From Azolla caroliniana (lineage: Eukaryota; Plantae; Polypodiophyta), in assembly GCA_043228905.1 (NCBI GenBank), contig JBHGNT010000017.1, forward strand, positions 13,702,001 through 13,766,000: a stretch of DNA of 64,000 nucleotides. The letters are read 5' to 3'. The position numbers were made by a program, and so were the translations under genes. The notes under the pieces were generated by a model that had not been told where the DNA came from, made no database searches, and worked only from the letters and a program-made list of their open reading frames with translations. Shown piece after piece: positions 55,001 to 64,000 of this stretch. Numbering within the stretch: the first letter of the stretch is position 1; every line of letters begins with the position of its first letter.

Positions 55001-57843
55001 CCTAGGTTCACCTCTTTAAGTTGCGACACTTTTACGCGTTGTGAAACGGCCATTTCCCGTTCCAACGCTTCCTGCGCTTGCCGTAACTCTCGGATTGCGT
55101 CTTTATCCGGTTCTGCTTCAGTCTCTTCCGGCTACGGTAAGTATGGTGCTACTGCTTCGGCAATGTCAATTTCGAAGAGGGGTACGATCTTCGGGTTTTC
55201 CCGCAAGTACTGAGCTTCTTCTTCGTCAGCTAACCCTTCTAGCATGTTGACGCACTATGCATACAACGGTGTACATTCCTTGCCAGTGCTCGTCCTTGGC
55301 TGTGTTGGTACCCGTACCTTGGCTTTTCCTCGTCGGAAGGTAATTATATTTTTCCTCCAATTCTGTTTGATATGTGCCGTTTTCAACCACGGCCGCCCCA
55401 GCAATAGCGGGTATGCGCCTTGTGCCTGTAATTGTAGCACTACTGCCGAGATGTGAAATGTATGACCGCCAACGGTGACTTCTAATTTTCGTATTAATCC
55501 TGTCGGCCGCATTGAGCTTGTATCGGCCATTCGTAACCAGAACGGACACGGCTCCCACTCGTGGATTCCCAGGGCATCACACGTCCAGAGGCTTATTACA
55601 TTCACCCTGGAGCCTCCGTCTATTACTGTGCCGGGGAGTTCTTTCCCTTTTACAATGGTAGTAATTACCGGACTGTTGGTGTCCACCACCATTGGTCCCT
55701 CCTCCGGATTTGAGAAGAGTATCGGTGCCGCTGATGATTCTCCTCCCGTCATAGCTGTCTTCAGTCCTTCCGTGAATCTCGGCACGAGCTGTAGGAGTCT
55801 TCCTAGTGGCAGCGTAATCTGGCATTCTTGCAACGCCTGCCATGTCTCGTTGTCGGAGTGACTGCCGCCGGCAAGCCCTACGGTGTTCTCCTTTTGTCGC
55901 TGTAAGTCTGTGACATTTTGCTCGTTTCCTTTCTTCACCCATTCCGTCGCTTGCTTCCGGATGGTCTCCTGCGTCTCCCATTCCTTGGCCATGCCCTTCG
56001 ACCTTGTGGTCACCTGCTGCAGATCTGCCACTTCAGGGACTACCATATTTACTGCCGGTCATTTGTCATAGCTCTTCGCCGGGCATTGATTACTATAATG
56101 GCCTTCCTGTCGGCAATAGTAGCAATAGGCTTTCCGGGTATTGCTGGATTCGGCATTGTCTGTTGTACCTGAGGCCGGTCCTGTGGTAAGCGCGGGGTTT
56201 TGGGCCGGTTGGCTGCTTGAAGCTCCTTGTTCCGGATCCCGTGGGTAGCCGCCTTTTTTGAAATGCCGTTTTTTGTTATAGTTCTTCTTATTGCGGTACT
56301 CTTGACGAGGTTGGTCGTTATATCTGCCGTATTCCTCCCGTTGCTGACGATACCCGGGGGAGTGCTCCCGGTCGTAATGTTCGTATCGTCATTGTAATCC
56401 CGGTACCGATCATATCTATCATGCCGGTCGTAGTTATCCCGCCTATCACCGTACCGGACATCATTCTCCCGTCGATCGCCATACCGAACATCCTGTGCCG
56501 GTCGGTCGCGGTCCATTCGCCGCCAACTTTCCTCCTCTTCATCCCGGTTGTTGCGTGGCTCTATTTGTCGGATGGGCGGTGCTTGCCGGTTCAATAGATT
56601 ATACTCGCACCTATCCGTCGTATGGCCCTTGGATTGACAGATTATACATTGCGTCCTCATAGTGCATTCTAGTGCCGAGTGTCCAGAATTCAAGCAGGTT
56701 GTGCACTGTATTGCTTGCCGAAACCGGAGGTCTTCATCGGACGGTAATGCCCGTTGGAGTGCTCCCAGTGTAAGCCAGGAGCTTGTCTTTTCCATCTCTC
56801 TCACCCGGTCAATGACTTGGTTGATGGTACTTGTGCGGAAGTCAATTACCGTGCAAACCGTGCGTAGGGGTTCCCGGAGCGCATTTAGGAATATAGTCCG
56901 TAATTCCTCCTTTGGGGGTGCGTGGGCAAGCTGACTATGCATCCGTTGAAACCGGATGACAAACTGGGGAATGCTCTCCCCTGCCTCTTGTCGGATGGTA
57001 TAAAATAAGCCCACCATTACTGTCTGGTCCACCTCCTTTTGGGAAAAAATGCAAGAATTTAGCTTTTAAATGTGCGAAGGTGGTGATGGTAGACGGGTCC
57101 TGCGTCTGGCGCCATCTTGTTGCCGGTCCTTCTAATGTGACGCCAAATTCCGCTATCTTAGAGTGTTCCTCTTCCTCCGGAGTCAATCGCTGGGACACAT
57201 GGTTTGCTTCCCATGTCTGTTCAAAGGCGTGAACATGAGCTTCCACGTCCGGATCATCTCTATACTTGGAGTATTGGAACGACATGTCGTTGTCCGGTAT
57301 CGGTGCGCGGGTTGGTGGTGTTGGTGGTCGTTCCTGGTTTTTCTCCGGCGTCGGTGGTCTTTCCTCTTCTTTTGGTGACGGAGGCCTCTCCTCCTCGACT
57401 TCCCGTGTCGGAGGTCGCTCTTCCTCTGCTTGTTCTGGAGGTTGCAGCCTTAGCACTTCTGGTTCTGGTGTCGGTAAGGTGTCTGATCCTTCGTGCTCCG
57501 GTCCGCCCGGGGTTTCGTTGCTACTACGGTAGTTTGTGTGCACGCTGTATTCCCCTTCGGAATCCGATTCATACGCTGAAAAGGCTTCTGCTTCGCCTTC
57601 TCCGCTTGCCAACGCCTGGAGAAGGGATTCGGTTTCCCGGAGGCTGCTTAGGCTGCTGCCGTTGTCCGGGTGCGATGTTTGCTGTAACCAGAGGGACTCC
57701 TCCGCTACTCTCCGGATTACGTTGGAAAACGAGCGATCCACTCTAATTTCCTGCGCCGCTTGCTGGAAAGCCTCACGTCTCCTTTGCCTTTCGGGAAGGC
57801 GTCGAGTTCGATCTGTAACCAGGTCGTGCGTTGATCTAGTCAT
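52039..57843 (-). pseudogene. Gypsy gag-pol with several frameshifts
   Basis: Consecutive ORFs 56935-57843, 56049-57032 (two CCHC), 55255-56046, 54205-54840 and 52039-54093 (H-H-C-C, WGLDF, ISDQG, GLAE, GPY). Confidence 0.9.
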
Positions 57844-58514
57844 CCATTCGTGCCGTCGTTAGCTGCAAAAACAGGAATCGTGGTCGCCAAAAACTGTGTT
57901 AACTCTTAGGGCCGGACAATGTCCTAACACAGGGTGTCTATGGAAGACACTTCACCAAAGGGGTGTTACGGCTATAGGATTAGACTCAACGATTAATCCG
58001 ACTTAATTAGGCTACTTAGCAAGATCGTCCTTAATAATCATACGCGTAAGATATAACAATGAATGCAGAACGACAATTAGCATAGAGAGATAAAACACTA
58101 AGCTTTATTAATTAACCGCTCCTCATTACATTGTATCCGGGCCTTTAAATAGGTTTCCGGTCTGTAGTACAAAACGGTGCCATCCGCACTTGTTCGGGAT
58201 CGGTCCGGATCCGGAACGGCATACCGATCCCGGTCCGTCCGTCCACACTAATAGCTTACTTACAACCATTCCTAATAATTAATTAACTCCTCCGTTTCAC
58301 ACTCTGGACTCCTTTGCCGGCCGGTAACATGTCAAATGCTTCCGCACGTTTACTTTGACATGGTATCAGAGCACGAGGGTTGAGAACCTCTACAGCCGAC
58401 AAATGGTTTTGAAGACAAACCCTGATACCCGGTAAGGACATATAGAGAAAGATATGGACAAAGGTATGGCGAGTTCACTTCCCACAGAGAAGCTCGATCG
58501 GAGCAACTACGTGT

Positions 58515-59164
58515 TGTCGTGCCTTTCGGCGCTGGATCGTTGCGTGAGTCGGGTGGGAACCGCTGAGGTTTTGGACTAGGAGAAAGAAGAAATATGAGAT
58601 AAGTTTTGTTACGAATAGATTGCAAGATGGAGATATGAAACTCGTGAATCCCACGAGTATAGTGTATTAATTGATACTTAAATTGTAAGAGAGAATTAGA
58701 TGGCAAAATCGTGAATCCCACGAATATTTTGTATTAATCAACCCTTATAAAAAATCAACAACCCTTATACATCTTTCTCTCTTCCTTATATAGTGATGGA
58801 AGAGTGTAAGTTTATCACATGCAAGCATCATGTTTTTTCTAACTTTAGTTTTCATGCACACTACATGTGCATGATTAGCTTTCTATCACATCTTTTCTTT
58901 TAACTCGAGTGTGTATGCATGAATAACTTTTTCTATCATGCATATCTAGAATATTTACATGGGATAAAGTTTAGTATAACTTTAAAACTCATAATATGCT
59001 AGTACAATGGTAAGGCTTAAAATCGTTAACATGGAGGTACAGGGTTCAAATCCTGCCCTATGCATGTAACAATATTTTTAATATTTTCTTTTATTTATTG
59101 ATGCGTACTACAATCAGATATATTTTTTACATATTTCACGTATTGTGCGAATTACACTACGACA
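58515..59164 (-). mobile_element. Solo LTR-like insertion (650 bp) with a tRNA-like module and a 4-bp TSD
   Basis: TGTCGT...ACGACA termini; GTGT on both sides; removal restores the gag reading NYVSWSYKM; minus-strand CTATATAAG. Confidence 0.85.
58998..59065 (+). ncRNA. tRNA-like (Pol III A/B-box) sequence within an LTR; not a canonical tRNA
   Basis: A-box-like TAGTACAATGG 59000-59010; TTAACAT loop; GAGGT; B-box GGTTCAAATCC 59043-59053 within a CAGG/CCTG stem; no good acceptor stem. Confidence 0.55.
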
Positions 59165-59825
59165 GTGTCCTGGTCATATAAAATGCACCAGTACCTACCT
59201 CACATCCTGTGTGCAATATACGATGGTTGGCTATATCAAGGATGCAAAGACGTTGAAGGAGGCCTGGAGTATCACGACCCGAAAGTTGCAGCTTTGGCAA
59301 TAGCTGAACATCAGGCAAAGGGACATGTCCGTGACCGACTACACCACCAACATAAAGGAGATTTTCGATGCGCTCGGGTCCATAAATGTGACGGTGGACG
59401 AAGACGAGATGGTCCAAATTTGCGTCGGTGGTCTGGCACAACGGTACATGCCAATCCGGACAACGATCTGCACCCGGGAGAAGCCACCGTCCTTCTTCGA
59501 CATGCAATCAATGCTGATGATCAAAGAAAACCACGCAAGTGGGTCCAAGACCACTCAATCGGACAATTAGATGTTGTACATGGAGTCAGAATGGCCCTGT
59601 GGACGTGGAGGACGAGGCGGGTCGGCACGCAATGGAGGTGGCCGGCAAGAGCAAGACCGAAGGCACAGAGACAGTGCCGACAACAGTTCCGGACCCTCCA
59701 CAAGTAGGGGGAGTCAAAGCGACGCCAGGAACCAGCAAGGAAAGGCCGACACGGAATGCTGGTATTGTGGCAAGAAAGGTCATAGGGAAAGTGAGTGCTG
59801 GAAGAAGCGTGCCGATTCGGATAAA

Positions 59826-61031
59826 TGACGTCGCACTTGGCTGATCAGTATACCTTGGGGGGTGCAGATCATTTCGATCCTGAGAAAGTATTGAAGGTCC
59901 CCCAGATCCTTCATGTCGAACGATGCCGCAAGCTAGAGCTTCACGCGGTTGATTTCACCTAGATCGGCGCCGGTGATGACCAAGTCATCAACATAGAGTA
60001 AAATACTGACTGACCCAAGTCGACCTTTCCGAACGAACAGTGAGGAGTCCGATTTTGACGTCGCAAAGCCCATCCGACGTAGTTGATGCGTGATCTTCGC
60101 GTTCCAGGCACGCGGGGCTTGCTTTAGTCCGTACATGGACTTCTTTAATCGGCACACTGCCAAAGTGTTCGTTCCGGAGTGAAATCCGGGGGGCTGTACA
60201 ATGTACACCTGTTCCTCAAGCTCACCTTGCAGGAACGCATTCTTTACATCCATATGATGTAAGTGCCACCCCTTTGCCGCACCTACCGCGAGCAAAACAC
60301 GGACGGTCGTCATCTTCGCGACTAGCGCAAATGTCTCATCGTAGTCGATGCCGTGTTTCTGCGCGTAGCCTTTCGCTACTAACCGAGCCTTGTATCGGTT
60401 GACCGAGCCGTCGGTGTTGTACTTGACCTTGTACACCCACCTACATCCGATCGGCTTCACACCCTTCGGTGCGTCAACCAAGTCCCAGGTCTCGTTTTCC
60501 GCTAGTGCATGCATCTCTTCCTCCATTGCAGTGCGCCAATTCGCGTCCTGAGCCGCTTCTGCGGAGGTCTCCGGCTCACACATTCCGGTACACGGGTCAT
60601 GTACAAATAATGATGCACCATGTACTCGTTGTATCCGAACCGCACACCTGGGTTCTTCTGGCGGGTAGATCGGCGTAATCGGTCATTAGCCGATGTCAAG
60701 ATTTTCTCGGCTGACGTGGACATCGCTCTTGAAGGCCCGTCACCGCTTTCCTCGGAGTCGGACTCGCGTCAGTCTGACTCGTTCCTATCCGTGCCGGAAT
60801 CCGACACCTTCTTCTTCCCTTTCTCTTTGCGCGTAAGCCGTCTCCTCGGCTTCCTGCGCGGGGAATGCACGGCCGAGTCTCCACTACTCGCCGACTCTTC
60901 ATCGGACTGGTCATACCGACTCAGTCGTTCGTTTGGTCCACTTAAACGAAACGAAATCAGACTCTCTTCGCGGGTCCCGATTTCCGGCTCATCCGGAGGC
61001 ATTTTGGCCTTGTTGACCTTATCGTCAGAAC
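59826..61031 (-). mobile_element. Ty1/copia RT fragment, inverted relative to the adjacent gag
   Basis: ORF 59933-60583 (YKARLVAKGY, MDVKNAFL, LLYVDDL); linker shared with 332-592. Confidence 0.88.
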
Positions 61032-64000
61032 TGTTGGGATTACGGTCCCTCCGGATGGGATGTCCGGAGATGAATGACGGCAAGCCCGGTTGCGGTTACG
61101 GAACCGGATGATGAAGAGTACCCGGCATGAAGCCGGATGAAGAGTACCCGGATGCGGATCCGGATGATGAAGAGTACCCGGCATGAAGCCGGATGAAGAG
61201 TACCCGGATACGGATCCGGATGATGAAGACCCCGGCTACGGAGCCGGATGACGAATGTACCCGGAGAGAGATCCGGATGCAGGGACATATTTGTGAATAT
61301 GTTTGCTAAGAGCCCTTGAGGCTATATTTGTAAATAGCCCGAAAGTCATATATGTATAAATATGACTTAGGGCAAACAGTTTTATGTTGTTGCTCAATTT
61401 TTCATGAGAAGTGAGAGCAGCCGAGAGAGAGAGAGAGAGAGAGACGAAGAGGTCGTTGCCTCTGTGTATTACCGCCGCCTGTGGCGAAGACATGAGCTCA
61501 AGGTTGTTGCCTTGAAGCTTCACCATTGTACATCTCTGTTCATAGTGATAGTTGGAGTTTGAGAACTCCCGTGGTTTTTCCCAGTTAGGGTTTTCCACGT
61601 AAAACATCCAGTGTACCTTTCTCTCTATTGTTTTGTGCATTTCCTATTTCCTGTTTTTTTCTGTGAGTTGATCCCATTTCTCGGTTGTGGCCGAGCACTG
61701 TCGTCTAACAAAGTGGTATCAGAGCGACGGTAACACAGAAAATGGAAGGCGGCGGTAGTGGGCCTCCGGGCATGATGGTGCTGAACGCGCAGAACTACGC
61801 CGACTGGAAGATAAAGATGGAGGATCTGCTCATTGTTCGGGACCTGTATGAACCGATCGACAGGTCGGAAATACCCAAGGGGGTACTTGAGACGGAGTGG
61901 AGGCTTCTGAACCGGAAAGCCGTTGCAACCATTCGGCAATACGTCGACGTGAGCGTTCTACAACACGTGGCGAACGACACCAACGCATATGAGATGTGGA
62001 GGAAGCTGTCGGGCCTCTACGAGAGGAAGAATGCGTTGAACCGGACCTCCCTGATGAGAAAGATAGTGAACCTCAAGTACCGGGACGGCGAGAGTATGGT
62101 GGAACACGTAAGCACGTTCATGGGATTCGTGAACCAGCTTGCGGCGATCAAGTTCCCGTTGGAGGATGCAATGCAAGCCATCATCCTGATGTGTACTTTG
62201 CCGGACAGCTGGGAGAACTTGGTGGTGACTCTCAGCACCTCCTGCACCGAAGATAACTTGTCTCTACAAACGGTAAAGACAAGCATTTTGAACGAAGAAG
62301 CGCGTCGGAGAGATAAAGAACCGGCCTCCGACTCGAAGGCGCTGCTTACCGAATCGGAATGGGGAAGACATCGGAACCGGAGTCCGCAAAGACGGGAGAA
62401 GTCGGGGACCCGGTCGCAGTCAAGAGGAAGGCCCACATGCTTCCACTGTGGGAAGACGGGGCACTTCCGGAAGAATTGTCGGCATTACCGAAAAGACAAC
62501 GGAGCCGACGACACCGATTCGAAGAAGTCACCGGAGAGAAACGGTGCATACCGGGGAGCCACAGACCGGAGAGGTCCGGATCGGCGAGGGCAGGACCGGA
62601 AAGGAACGACGGCACTCGCGGCAAGTGAAGAAGAAATCATGCTCATTACCGAAGAGAGGGAGCTGAACATTGCCGGAGTAGAGATGACCTGGGTGGTCGA
62701 TTCCGGAGCGTCGTTCCACCTGACCCCGGAGAAGAAATACTTCTCATCCTACACAGCCGGTGAGCACGGCTGTGTCCGGATGGGAAATGAAGGTACATGC
62801 CGGATTGCCGGCATAGGAGACGTGTGGTTAACAACCCCGACCGGATGCAAAATGCTGCTGAAGGATGTCAGACACGTTCCGGAGGTTCGATTGAACCTGA
62901 TTTCGGCCGGGAGGCTAGACGATGAAGGCTACACAGGTAGCATCCGGAACGGCGTAATGAAGTTCAGCAAGGGGAGCCTGATAGTGGCTCGGGCCCGGAA
63001 GGTCAACACACTATACCTGATGAATGCCCGGTTATGTCCGGAAGAGCTGAATGTGGCAGCCGACACTGCCGGTGAGCTGTGGCACAAAAGACTGTGCCAC
63101 ATGAGTGAGAAGGGGATGAAGAGGCTTGCAGAAGACAACCTTATTCCAGTGAAGCATGTGCACCTGGAGAAGTGCACCGACTGCCTGGCCGGTAAGCAAA
63201 ACCGGACCTCCTTCCACTCAAGGCCACCGACGAGACGTAGCGCACCATTGGAGCTGGTGCACACTGATGTGTGTCAGGTAGAAACGAAGTCACATGGCGG
63301 AGCCCAGTACTTCGTGACATTCATTGATGACCACAGCCGGAAGCTGTGGACGGCACCGTTGAAGACAAAGGACCAAGTGTTGTCCGTCTTCAAAGAACTC
63401 CACGCGAGAGTGGAAAGGGAACCGGCAAGAAGCTGAAAGCGATACGAGCGGATAACGGAGGGGAATACCGGGGGCAGTTCCAGGAGTACTGTCGCTCGAA
63501 GGGAATCCGGCTCGAGTTTACTGTGCCGAAGACGCCGGAACTGAACGGGCTGGCCGAGAGGATGAACCGGACCATAATGGAGAGGGTCCGGAGTATGCTG
63601 GCGCATGCGAAATTACCCAAGGGGTTTTGGGCTGAGGCGATGTCGACGGCGACATACGTGATAAACAGATCACCCTCAGTACCTTTGGACGGAGACACGC
63701 CGCAGAGAGTGTGGACCGGTAGGGAAGTGTCCTACCGGCATCTGAAGGTGTTCGGGTGTCTCGCATACGTGCATGTGGCAAAGGACCGGAGAGGAAAGTT
63801 AGATCCAAAGACCCGGCCATGCATATTCCTCGGTTACGGCGACGACGAGTTCGGCTACCGAGTATGGGACCCGGTCGACAAGAAGATATTCAGGAGTCGA
63901 GATATCATCTTCATGGAGAACAAGACACTCGCCGACTGGGAGTCGGAGAAGAAGATGAAGAGCTCCAAGTCGACCGGTGAGGATCAACTCTACGAGGAGC
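61032..64000 (+). mobile_element. Second Tnt1/Tork-like copia copy (5' LTR 61032-61710, PBS 61714-61725), runs off the window
   Basis: Coding region nearly identical to 12792 onward; ORF starts at 61742; 1-nt deletion near 63421 (GGGA-ACCGGC vs GGGAATCCGGC) frameshifts the integrase. Confidence 0.95.

Larger units (their letters stand above)
48353..58329 (-). mobile_element. Full-length non-chromovirus Ty3/gypsy element (Athila/Tat/Phygy-like pol) with an extra 3' ORF; frameshifted
   Basis: 433-bp LTRs 48353-48785 and 57897-58329 (about 13 differences by eye); TSD TGTCA; PBS TGGCGACCACG (57889-57879); gag 56049-57843; protease VIDGGS; RT VFLDD; RNase H-integrase 52039-54093. Confidence 0.95.
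47908..59825 (+). mobile_element. Ty1/copia 5' part: LTR split by the gypsy insertion (47908-48352 + 58335-58360), PBS, degraded gag
   Basis: LTR TGTTGAG...TTTGACA; PBS TGGTATCAGAGC 58361-58372; gag from 58466 (MASSLPTEKLDRSNY|SWSYKMHQYL) to the CWYCGKKGHRESEC knuckle. Confidence 0.85.

Noticed and set aside
58998-59065. Functional tRNA-Val(AAC) gene
   Set aside because: Acceptor and anticodon stems do not pair convincingly; kept only as tRNA-like.

Overview
Eukaryotic, TE-rich land-plant genomic DNA; the PPR and retroelement style suggests a fern or other seed-free plant (inference). Three host genes look intact: a 3-exon ribosomal protein L25 (bL25)-family gene (+), an intronless PLS-E PPR gene (-) and an 11-exon subtilisin-like protease (-). 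There is also a degraded PPR retrocopy with an A-rich tail, a 17-bp TSD and an internal PPR-derived tandem array. The rest is retroelements: two RTEX-like LINEs, an intact Tnt1/Tork-like copia, several solo LTRs and a nested LTR cluster at 40-64 kb. Most striking: (1) two LTR elements with dissimilar LTRs have no polypurine tract and instead carry a tRNA-3'-end-like motif (...CCCACGGGCGTGCCA-TG) abutting the 3' LTR, suggesting tRNA-dependent plus-strand priming; (2) LTRs carry antisense tRNA-like A/B-box modules; (3) a copia is flanked by a 72-bp rather than 5-bp duplication. All comparisons were done by eye; no database searches were run.
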